64,000 nt of DNA from Chrysemys picta bellii. Its lineage: Eukaryota. The stretch is taken from NCBI RefSeq assembly GCF_011386835.1, contig NC_088805.1, positions 30,442,001 to 30,506,000 of the forward strand, in the 5' to 3' direction. The position numbers were made by a program, and so were the translations under genes. The notes under the pieces were generated by a model that worked only from the letters and a program-made list of their open reading frames with translations, was not told the origin of the DNA and made no database searches. Of this stretch, positions 13,701 through 23,876 are shown piece by piece; positions within the stretch are counted from its first letter, which is position 1; each line of letters starts with the position of its first letter.

Positions 13701-16700
13701 GGCCTGGTCTACACCGGGGGTGGGGGCGGGGAGTCGATGTAAGATACGCAACTTCAGCTATGGGAATAGCATAGCTGAAGTCGACGTATCTTATTTCGAC
13801 TTACCTCCTGTCCTCATGGCGCGGGATCGACGGCCGTGGCTCCCCCGTCGACTCTGCTACCACCGCTCGCCCTGGTGGAGTTCCGGAGTCGACGGGAGCG
13901 CGTTCAGGGATCGATATATCGCATCTAGACAAGACGCGATATATCGATCCCTGATAGATCGATCACTACCCGCCGATCCGGCGGGTAGTCTAGACGTACC
14001 CATAGGTATTACTTCTAATGTGGATATAGTAGCAGATGAGAAGCCAGTTTAGTAATCCACTTCCCCATTCACTCTCTTGGACTTTAATTCTAGTTCCAAG
14101 AATATACTTTTAAATCAAGTAGTCGTTTCTTCCTATTTTTAATATGTCTGTTGACATTGTATTTCTGTGGAATGTGCTTGAAGCTCCCTCAGTGTCTGTG
14201 TATCCATCTGCAAAGGCTGAGCTGGTCAGACCAAGGCATGCCTCTGAAACGTCATGAACATGTGCAGTTCAATGAGTTCCTGATCATGGACATCTACAAA
14301 TACCACCTCCCTGTCCATAAATCAAGCCAGCATGATCTAAACCAGAAAGGCAATCCCTGGATGTCGTCTGAAACAAAGGCTGGATCAGCAGTAAAAGCCT
14401 CAGGTATTTGATCTGAAAATAAAAAATATCAGGTAGTTTGTCAGTGTGTAAGAAAAAATATATATTTATTTTGAATTATACTAAAACCTAGAAAGATCCC
14501 CTTTCCCAGCAGGCTTTGGCCCCTTGACATATATTTAAAATACAGTTCTTACAAATTTACTGTTCACTCCCATTCCAAAATACTTGGAGCATAGGTGGGC
14601 TGTGGAGAATTGGGCTGCGTTAGCCCCAAAGGATGGGTGAGTTCTGAAGTCGATAGGCCCTCACAGAGAAAGTCTCGTTAGTAGACCACCACTTTTAAAC
14701 CAAGGGAGCTCCAACTATGGCTGTATTGCAGGGGGAGTGCAGACCCTAGAGCGCTCATGTAATGTGGTCACAATGAGACCCTGTGTCAAAACTAATGTTG
14801 AAATTGCAGGGCAGTTCGAGGTGTAAATTATACAGTGTTTAACGAAAAGGGCCTGATCCTACAAACCCTTATTTATGCGAGGAATCCCATTGCGTTCAGG
14901 AGGCCTGTTCACATAGGAAAGAGTTTATAGGCTCATGTGTCAAAAACTGTGCATTAGGGAAAATGGCCCTGGATCCAGTCAGCCTTCAGTGTGCAGGGTG
15001 CCCATTAAAGTCAGAATTCAGCTCTAAAGAAGTCTTTTGTTGGCAAGAACAGCCATTGAGGAGGCGTTAGGCATGCAAACTGTGCCCTTGCTTGATAACG
15101 CCACAACTTTTTGCTTAAAGAAATAAACAAAATCTTCGCAAACTCGAGCAAACTGTTTCCAGTCTATATGGCTATATTGTATCACATCATTAGAGCTTAA
15201 TTCCTTTGTTGCTGCTGGTCCCAAGTCTTCAAATAATTACTTGAATCGACGGCTAACTACTACTTCAAATAACCCAAACTGAGCAGGGCTCTTGCAGCCA
15301 CATTCTACTATGAGCTGTTAATGGTGTCCTTGGATATAATGCTCCCCTTCCTCATTAGGGGATTGTGAGGTTTAATTAATTAATGTTGGTAAAGTGCTTT
15401 CAGATTCTCTAATGAAAGGTGCCATAGAGAGCACAGGACTATTATTTGTAATATGAATAGTTAAGCTGCAAATCAGTTAAATCACTGAATGTATAATTTC
15501 TCTGGCAGATCTGGAGCAGACATGTAGCACTAAATCATTCTTTATGAATGGCACCTGCTCTCCTTCATTATTAACATCCCCGATAACTTTCCCACTTGCC
15601 GTGGTTTCCGATTGCAGGTAAGTCAGACTTTTGAAGTTATTTCATAATTTCTACCCGTGCTTAAAACTGATGTAGATGATAGTTTCCTTTATTCCATCTT
15701 TACTGTGATTCGGTAGCCACAGAATTTACCATTTATCCCAGCTACTGCAAGTGTCCTCCTCGTTAGCGAAGGATTTCTATCCCTTTCTGCTTGGGTGATT
15801 TGGCAGGTCTAGTCTGCTCCCTGTGTCCGCAGCTAGTAAAAGGACTTGTGTGAATTATAAGTGAAGAGTTCAAAATCTCCTTTCTCTGGTTGTTTTTGCT
15901 CTGATGGCTGCTGCAGGAAAAAAATCAGGAGTGCAGCAAGCTTCTTACTGCAGAGCCATCAACTTATAACTGCTGCCTCTTCGCTGATATCTCCCTTTTC
16001 TTTTCTCTTGACTTTTGAGAACAAACGAGTGTTTGTCATTTCTTGTAGACGTTTTACAAGCCCGTTTTTCAGAGGAGCTGTGTGCTCGCTGCTCCCTGCA
16101 ACTTCTGTTGGAGCAGTGGACACTTCGCTCTTGTGATGATCAGGCCTAGTACTTGTCCTGTTAAATATTTTCCCCAGAGCACTCCTAGTTTGAGAATATT
16201 CACTTTTCCCATGTGGCTGGTATATAGTTCCTATAATGTCTGTCTTATCTGTAATCATGTATTTTCCCTGGAGTATATACTGACTTAAGATATTCCCTGC
16301 CTTTGCTCGCACCATGTGTCATGACCTGTTCCAGGAGGGGCAGCAATGGCTGTTTTATAGCCCACATGTTCGGTGAGATTCACAGCTTAGAAAAACAGGT
16401 GCATGGAGCAAGTACTTGAGAGGGCTTCCATTATTATATAGGGATGGTGTCATGTAATTTTATGTTTTTTCTGTTAAAATCATGTGTCCTGGGATAACTT
16501 TTACCATTAACACTGCTGTAGAACTTAGCATTCACATACTAAAGGAAACAGGTGGGGGGGCCTCACTGCAAAATTCAGAGCCAGTGTGCTGCACAGTATG
16601 CAGTGGCCCTCTCTAGAATACATTCCAGAAACTGTTTTCATTAATACTCAGAGCAGCAGTTCTAGTCTCCTGATTGGAGAAGAGTGAAGCATTTTGACCA

Positions 16701-17412
16701 GGGGTCCCCAACGCGGTGCCCGCGGGCGCCATGGCGTCTAAGTGCGCCCGCTTACTGGCCGGCAGACAAGCATCCACCAAAATGCTGCCGAGAAGCAGCG
16801 TCATCCAGAGGTGTCGCCACCGAAAATCGCCTATTGACGTTGCTGCATGTTGGCGGCATTTCGGCAGATGCTCGTCCGCCGCCACGGTCCTCTGTGGCTC
16901 GTCGTCTGGCGCCTGCCAGACGAAAAAGGTTGGGGACCACTGATTTTGACAATTGCAGTGAAGGTCTGGGGTGTTATGAGGGAATGTGCTGCTGTGAGAG
17001 TGCATCTCTTATGAAGGGGGTCCATGGAATGAAAAACATGCTTTAAAATGAACTAGCTACTGAAAATAAAGTGACTGGGGATTCTCCATGTACGTGTTTG
17101 ATACACAAGTGCTGCTGACCCCTTCCTTTCTCTCATTTGCCCTTCAGTTCCCCAGTGTACCTCTACCGTCTGATGGCTGTTGTAGTTCATCATGGGGACA
17201 TGCATTCTGGACACTTTGTGACATATCGCCGCTCTCCGCCTTCTCCCAAGACCGCGCTCTCGGTTAGTAACCAGTGGTTGTGGATTTCAGATGACACTGT
17301 GCGCAAAGCTAGTTTGCAAGAAGTGCTTTCATCTAGTGCTTACCTGCTCTTTTATGAGCGTGTTCACTCAAGAATGCAGCACCAAACTCAGGATTTCAGG
17401 GCTGAAGAATAA
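1520..17412 (+). CDS. USP30: Ubiquitin carboxyl-terminal hydrolase 30 (mitochondrial/peroxisomal outer-membrane deubiquitinase), 13 coding exons, 505 aa
   Basis: join(1520..1581,2483..2592,3828..4010,5300..5403,7637..7735,8517..8559,8879..8973,9805..9864,11752..11838,12649..12729,14184..14403,15509..15617,17148..17412) = 1518 nt, all GT-AG, frame continuous. N-terminal TM WGVVGGIAAALAAGIYVLWGPI followed by RKKRRK; Cys box GNTCFMN; His box HHGDMHSGHF; USP30-typical Ser in WLWISDD; ends QDFRAEE*. Confidence 0.98.
1849..1972. mobile_element. hAT-type MITE (AGGGTGACCAG TIR family)
   Basis: TIRs cagggtgaccag...ctggtcacccca; perfect 8-bp TSD ctcggagc (1841-1848 / 1973-1980); second copy at 59147-59270. 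Confidence 0.9.
4750..5012. mobile_element. hAT-type MITE (CAGGGCCGGCTC TIR family)
   Basis: TIRs cagggccggctccagg...cctggagccggccctg; perfect 8-bp TSD agaacaag (4742-4749 / 5013-5020); internal ~20-bp tandem duplication and (TG)n. Confidence 0.92.
6940..7465 (-). mobile_element. CR1 LINE 3' fragment, interrupted by a Penelope-like insertion
   Basis: Starts with the reverse-complement CR1 3' end (catag...ggactggaagggacc...caagtccagtcccctg); CR1 sequence resumes after 7303. Confidence 0.85.
7122..7294. mobile_element. Penelope-like element ends in inverted arrangement with hammerhead-ribozyme motif
   Basis: agagactaac...gcataagctttcgtg followed by its reverse complement cacgaaagcttatgc...gttagtctctaaggtgccac; direct repeat ctctaatgg at 7113-7121 / 7295-7303. 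Confidence 0.85.
8045..8370 (-). mobile_element. Older CR1-type LINE 3' fragment
   Basis: ggcccagaccattggtccatcta...ccaagtgcttcagaggga resembles the reverse complement of a CR1 subfamily 3' end (from memory); degenerate. Confidence 0.6.
10340..10452. mobile_element. hAT-Charlie-like MITE
   Basis: TIRs c(c)gtgtttctcaac...gtcgagaaacactg; perfect 8-bp TSD ctctaaag (10332-10339 / 10453-10460). Confidence 0.9.
11003..11503 (+). mobile_element. CR1 LINE 3' fragment with nested hAT MITE
   Basis: Encodes MESLSLEVFKNRLDK (CR1 ORF2 C-terminus), then the 3' UTR ...gaggtcccttcca...atgatcctatg; MITE inserted at 11085-11418. Confidence 0.9.
11085..11418. mobile_element. hAT MITE nested in CR1
   Basis: TIRs cagtgtttcccaaact...ggtttgggaaacactg; TSD gtctagat / gtctaggt; internal inverted GC-rich repeats. 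Confidence 0.92.
11880..12060 (+). mobile_element. MIR/CORE-SINE-like relic
   Basis: gagtgaggactcctaggttctactcc...actgctgctgacttgctg...cctcagtttcctcacctctgaa resembles the MIR core; degenerate. Similar relics at ~27680-27880, ~49360-49640, ~56900-57110, ~60770-60860. Confidence 0.55.
12129..12301. mobile_element. Tc1/mariner (Tigger-like) MITE
   Basis: TIRs cacctctaccccgata...tatcggggtagaggtg; TA on both sides; second copy at 54033-54219. Confidence 0.92.
13701..14001. mobile_element. PIF/Harbinger-type MITE
   Basis: TIR-like ends ggcctggtctacac...gtctagacgtaccc; flanks tta/ata; nested internal palindromes (gatcgatatatcgc...gcgatatatcgatc); CpG-rich. Confidence 0.85.
16699..16942. mobile_element. 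hAT MITE in USP30 intron 12
   Basis: TIRs caggggtccccaac...gttggggaccactg; perfect 8-bp TSD attttgac (16691-16698 / 16943-16950). Confidence 0.92.
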
Positions 17413-20188
17413 CTTGGACCTCTGGAGAAGGATAAAACTTGAGAAAACTGCTCTTGTGAGATGTACATTGCACCTCCTGACTGTTATGCAAATAGCCCAC
17501 TACATGCCCTTTGATATTCCATTCCTTCCTGGCAATGGTGCCTGGCTACTGCAGGGAGCTAGTGTTTCATACCAAAACGATGTTGCCCAAAGTTGGTCTG
17601 CTAGTGCTGGGCACTCCAGAGTGTGTCTGCATTAGAGAAGCATGTTTGCTGTTCAGATAATATTCTCTCTGCATCACAGATTTGAAACAGGGAATTTAAA
17701 ACAGGGACTTCCTAGGGCCACATCTTTTTATTCTGACCTGTATGCATGTTTTCAGATGGAGCTGCTTAGTGTCACCTTAAGATATTTCTTAGCTGGGGAG
17801 CCCTAGAAGTGAGTGATGAGAAATTACTGTGATCAAAGGCAATGATTTAAAAAAATGAAGTGCCTTGAGATTATTTAAATGGTTACATTGCCATTGTCTG
17901 CATCTACAATCTGTGGATTACATTCTGGTAAACATCTATATCAAAGTGATATGAAGAACTATTAACTGAATCACATTTTTTGTCATAACCCCAGCTAAGC
18001 AACTAAAACAAGTTGTCTCTACCCAACATGCTCGATCCAAAAAAGCCCTTTCCTATTTGTATCTTTTTTTCCCTAATATTTCATGTCTTTGTACATCATA
18101 GAAGTACTTATGTCAATACAAACTGCAGTTTTCTGTTTCAGGGAAATACTCAAATAGTTGATCAATTAGAATGGAGACACTGATTTGTTGCTCCATATCA
18201 TCATACTATAAGAGATGTTAAGAGAGAACAGTATCTGCTAGCAATCGCTATGGTAATGTCGTCTGTCTCTGTAAAACAATTCGATATTGTTGCATTAGAT
18301 CATCAGGTAGACTGTGCCTCTCAGTGCTGATCTTAAAGGTGACTGATTGGTACTCTAAACTCACCTTTCCTACCTTAACGATGAACACTGCCATTCCCTA
18401 TCATCCCTTCTAATGAATGCCTTCTGATCTGCAATGGCGCTTGAACCGGTTGGGATTGTGAGCCTGGGACTTGAAGCAACATGTGTCATGGTGGCTTAGA
18501 ATACACACAGTTGCATGGGCAGTGATTGGGACTTTGTCCAGTAGCCTGAACAGATTGGTATCACTGCACTAGATAGTGCTATTTTTAAAGAGTTTGATAT
18601 TAACCGTATATTGCTGCTCTGGGCTCTTTGGTGTGTAAAAAAAGAGACGGGGAAAGAGGCAAGAAATCCTTTTGGCTGTTTTTAAATTAATGGGGATAAA
18701 ATGGACAGACGTGGGCGTTCTTTTCTATTTATGTACTTCGGGGTGAGTGTGTGTGTGAGGGAGGAAGTCTGAATGTCAGACTAGGTCTTTTCAGTGTAAA
18801 ACAGTGACTGACTTTTCAGACAATATCTACTGCCTCTCTAAAGTAGCTTTTTTTCCAAAAAGTTTTTTTAATTGTAACTTTGTACATTTTGGATCCATAT
18901 CATTCAACTGCCTAATGTTGTTCATATGCATTTGGAGCTTTTTAATAGGAGACTGAAAAAAACAGCCACAAGATCATAGGCTATGAATGTATATAACACT
19001 TAGCTGAAGTCATTCCAGAGTGTGGAATCATGATCCCTACTCAGAATAATGCTCAGAACCCAGAGAAATCTGTATAAATCCATTGACCTATCCGGTCCAA
19101 AGAACCCTTGGCTTCTGTGTTAGAAGCCCTTTTTTTACCTTACTAATTTTATTACTATTTAAAAACATATGTAATACCAATGAACTTTGTGACCATTGAA
19201 ATAAGATCTAAACTCAGCATGTGACCCGCAAAAGCAAAAAAAGAATACCTGAGGCTGGAGCTTCTCTATTGTAGATAGATAGAAGTGAGCAATATGGGCT
19301 TTGCAAAGCAGTGCTGGTTGTCAACAGGGGCAAGAAATGCATGCAAAGCATCTGTCTACAGAAATCCTGCCAGTTGTACCTCTGACCTTCAAAACATTTC
19401 CATCTGACATTAGTGTATATGCTGCCATAGCGAGGCTCAACAGGGTGTGCTTTGAAATTTTCACTTCTTTGATTTTGTGGGAGTGTCTGCTCATTGATAG
19501 TATTTGAACAAGTCACTTTATTATGCAGTAATGTGTGGTGTGTCAGATACTACCCACTAGGAGGACTGTAGGCTTTAGGACTCATCAGCCTCTATATGAT
19601 TGTGTGAAGCCACACGCTGTGGCAAGTTGTGTGTGTGTGTGTGTGTGTAATGTTTTCTGAAAATTTCCTTTTGTATAAACCTGCTCTTCACTAGCGACAT
19701 TTCTCTGTGCCAGTTTGGGGTGAGGGAAAGGCTGCTCACTGTCACACATCACTAAGGTACTTGTTTGCCATACTGCCACTGAACTGGAAGTTTCATGTGG
19801 CATCTTCAGCAAAGGGCAATAGGAATGAGTGTTGGGCAGAATCTCTTCCTAGCTTCATTGCAAGAAAGGAACAGGAGTTCTTGTCTTAGCACTGGTTGTG
19901 GAGAAGTGTCAGCATCTTGGTCGTGATGCTGAGAAGTGCTGAGCACCCACACTTACATTGGTTTCAGAGACGTGCAGATGGTTGGCACCCCTCACGATCA
20001 GACCCTGGACACAGTCTGGCCAGCTGAGCCTCATGGGCAGACACCTTCTGAAAGCAATATGTCTCTTCAGGCGGAGGGGTACACCCAAATGGCTCAGCTT
20101 GTGGGATTGGGGGGCTAGTCTCTGTCAGCCAATATCAGCATTTTAATTTCTCAAAGGCTAAAGTTGTTGAAAAGGTGCTTATGAATGG

Positions 20189-20419
20189 AATAAAGGAATG
20201 ATATGAAACATTAACGATATAGAAAACTGGCCTCTGCTTACTCTGGTAGAACTAAGATAACAGCTCTTTAATTGAATTATTCTTGTTTTAATGGACATGT
20301 TAATAAAAAGGTATGATGTTAGAGTCCAAACCACTGCACTTCATTTCCAACACTGCTGTCTTTGAACTGCCTATTTCCTTATGGGAATTTTTGTACCTGT
20401 CCTGTTCAGTAGCAATAAA
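20189..20419 (+). terminator. USP30: Candidate USP30 polyadenylation signals
   Basis: AATAAA at 20189, 20302 and 20414 are the first canonical hexamers I found after the stop at 17412; usage not demonstrable from sequence. Confidence 0.35.
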
Positions 20420-20984
20420 AGAACCAACTTATTAGAAAAGGTATCTGGATGCATGTGGTGATGGATTGAAACAAAAGACAAGTGAGCGGCAGCAGTGATG
20501 TCTTTCCTTTTCTAATGCAATGGCCTGCAATACCGGCCATTGTGAGCTCCTGATTTTCTCTGTTCCATGGTTGAACACAAGACACTGACAAGGCTGTAGT
20601 ACTCAAAGGATGAGTTTTTAGTTAGTGTAACAGATCCTCTGTACGCACAGTAAAATATCAACATGAGGGCTACACCAGCACACATGTAAAGACAACCAGT
20701 CCTTGAAGTGTTTGTGTGTGTAGACCCCCTAAGCATGAGTTTGGATTCTTTTGGCCAGCATTGTCTCTTGGGGACATGCCTGCAGCTACAACCTGAGGGC
20801 ATATAGGGCCCAACCAGTTCCTTACTGTCCATGGCAGTGGGACAGAACCCCCGTAGCATCCACATACTCTGCACACTGAGCAATGGTTGTGAGGTTAGTA
20901 TAATTCATTAGTTAGTGTAGTTAATAGTTGTTTTTGTTACACCTTTTGGCAATACATCTATACGTATGCTTAGGAGCTGCCACT

Positions 20985-23232
20985 GTGGCTGAGACTAAAT
21001 CCTCAGGATTTAAAATGTGTCCCTCTTGTGAAGCTGTACAGCTCAGTGATTGACACTCTTGAAGACTTCTGTCTCAGGTATATTTCTCTGATAAAGGTTC
21101 AATCTGCCGCTCTTTTTCCAAGAGTATAACAAAGCCAGGGAAGTCTCCTAGCTCTTCCTTTTAGAATGCTCAAGGAGGGCCTCTTCAGAGCCTGGGCTTA
21201 AAAATCCTGTTAAGCCTCCTCTGTCTCTTTTGAGAAGTGCCCTGTTGAGCTCCCAGGCACATTCTTTGTCCAAGCATCAGTACCCCTCTGCTAGGGGGTA
21301 TGGCAGAGCAGACAAGCACTCCTCCACCCAGCCGTTGTCTGAAACGGGTCGGAAGAAGCATTGCTCCAGGGACAAGCACAGGCAAGGGTCACCCACCCCC
21401 GTACGCAGTAAGAGACACAAAACCCACCATGGTTTTGAATCAGCTCCTGCCTTCAGCCAAAAGGCAGTTCACAACCCAGATTGGGTCCTTCTGACACTTC
21501 AGCACTAGCTGATCATCAGGTACTAGAGATGGCACCTGCAATGCTGGTCTGCACTTTCCCAGCTACCAACTCCTCAGTATGGATAACCTGGGCGCGCCTG
21601 CTTCTGATACCAGACTCCATGGTGCAGATGTTTCCAGCACAGATTTACTGGGCTCTGAAGACATTCTCAGTCCCGAATGATCTTATGCTAACCAGGCAAC
21701 GAGACTCACCCCTACTCTCCTCATTGGCCAGTAGAGGTGCTTCTGTCTTGGTACCGACTTCTAATGTGACACGGTACCTATAAACTCCCCCGGTAAGTCT
21801 GGGTTGCAGGAGGATTCTATGACACCTACCAGGGTAGCTCCCCTGCAGGAGGAAGAGTATTCATTTTCTTTCTCTCCTTCACATAGTAAGGAAGATGGTC
21901 TCCCCCTGCACCTCAGTTTTACACTTCTGAGCATCACTGGTCTGATAGGTTTCAGAAGAAGTGGGCTGTAGTCCACGAAAGCTTACGCTCTAATAAATTT
22001 GTTAGTCTCTAAGGTGCCACAAGTACTCCTGTTCTTTTTACTGGTCTGATAGAAAGTCATGGGTCACCCTAATAAGCACAGGCCCTTGGGATCTCAGAGA
22101 ACATTCATTATGGTTTCCACCCACGTGGTGTCCAACCCTGTATCATAACAGCATGCAAGCTTGGCCATTTTGGGCTCCCTAGCATATGTAACCTAGGATC
22201 ACCTTCTACTACTCCCTCTAGAGTTAATCTCCCTCCCCTTCAAGACAAGAGATATCTACTCAACAGGGTTAGCTGGCGCAAACCCACAGCCTACAACAAG
22301 AACAGAGCAGTGAGGAAGAATAGCAGCAGGATAAGAAAGATCAATTGTTCCCAACAGAAATTTCTTCCTCCTCACCAGATGAGGCAGTCACTCCTCCTCC
22401 TCCTCCTAGCCAGCCAGATAATTCAAGGCCTTCCAAGATGCATGGTAGATACTTCAGAGATTCTAGTGGAGGTGATACAAGAAAAGTCACACATTACTAG
22501 GCCTCCTGCACTCCTCCCTGCCTGGTAGGTTTGTCATGTACATTACTTGTTAGAACCAGCTAAGGAGTTGTGACAAATCCTAGCATCAGTGGCATCCACT
22601 TCCAAAAGAGCTGACAAGTGCTATCAGGTACCCCCTTAGATTAGAATATGTTTACAATATACACGCCCCCCCCGATCACTAATGATGGTGGCGGCGATAG
22701 ATGAAAGATCTAAGCAACAGGGGCAGCCAAAGACACAATGTAGGAAAAAGACTCCTACAAAGCTTGACTTATTCAGCAGGAAGGTCTAACTCCTCAGCTA
22801 GTCTCCAGCTGCACATTTCCAGGTATCAGGCACTGCTCTCAAAGTGCCTCAATTCATAGAGAAGCTTCCACAGCCACAGTCCCCTACTGTCTGAGAGGTA
22901 GCTAATGGGCCAAACATCTCTTCATGCAGCTCTAGACCTATCTAATATGGCAGCATATTCAATGACTACTGCCACTGATGTGCAGGGCTTCATGATGATT
23001 AGTCCTATACTGCCTGGATTCTGTACCGGTGAAGGAACTGAGGAAGGCCTGCTTAGCCCCTTATGCCCTCAAGTGGTGGGTGGGTGAGGTTATCTATGGA
23101 GTAGGTGCAATCCAAGTGGACACTGCTGGCCAAAAGAATTCAATCTCGGGCACATACGCAACAACAGTGGAATCCATCTGGGCAATACATCTCCAAGAGT
23201 CATAGTTACTGTAAGATAAGTAACAGTTCTTA
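20985..23232 (+). mobile_element. Degraded, internally deleted DIRS1-like (tyrosine-recombinase retrotransposon) element, ORF1/gag-like relic
   Basis: Broken reading frames: SGFKMCPSC...D*HS*RLL...KGSICRSF (Cys-rich N-terminus, ~21003-21120), L*QILASVASTSKRADKCYQVP (~22568-22633), KLDLFSRKV-SSASLQLHISRYQALLSK (~22760-22845), LHAALDLSNMAAYSMTTA; ~23165-23232 resembles the DIRS right terminus. Family recognised from memory. Confidence 0.7.
21949..22039 (+). mobile_element. Short Penelope-like insertion with hammerhead motif, nested in the DIRS relic
   Basis: cagaagaagtgggctgtagtccacgaaagcttacgctc...gtgccacaagtactcctgttctttt; perfect 13-bp TSD actggtctgatag (21936-21948 / 22040-22052). Confidence 0.88.
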
Positions 23233-23378
23233 TTGCTTTGTTGGTATATATCTTCAGAAGCTCCAGAACTGGGTAGTGCTGTTTCCAAACCTGCACCAGT
23301 TACAATCACATTGTAAATGATGAAGGGGAAGTTTGTCATTTAAACAATTAGCATACCCTTCTCGTAGAAGAATCTTGT

Positions 23379-23384
23379 TTTATT
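23379..23384 (-). terminator. ALKBH2: Candidate ALKBH2 polyadenylation signal
   Basis: TTTATT on + (AATAAA on -) about 490 nt past the ALKBH2 stop. Confidence 0.4.
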
Positions 23385-23876
23385 TAAAAAATATACATGA
23401 CTCATTTGTAGAGCAGTCATGCGCTCCCATACATTTCAGACTTACTGAATTATTAGATTCTATGGTACGTTAGTATTTAGTAGAGACTTAAAAACAAAAA
23501 ACAAGGCATACTCACTGATAGGACTACCACAGACTTAAAAATAAACCTCTCTTCTGAACCAAGGAGAATAGCAGTAGAAAAATATACCATCAGGCTACAA
23601 TAGCGCTTGGCTGTAGGAAAATAATCTTGACATCCAAGATCAAATGGTTGCCGTATTTGTATCTAAACAACTGCATGTTATTCCCCGTTTGCTTTCCTAA
23701 TTTAAATACACTCATGTGACAAAGCTTGCACCACAGCAAGGTTCCTATCTCTTGCTGTATATGCAAAGGAAAAGGCAGTGTTTGAAAGAGAAATTGACTT
23801 ATGACATGGAAAGAAAGTTCTCATTTTCAGAGGTAAAAGGAGCTGTTCAAGCTAGACCTTAGGTTGTTAAATAACT

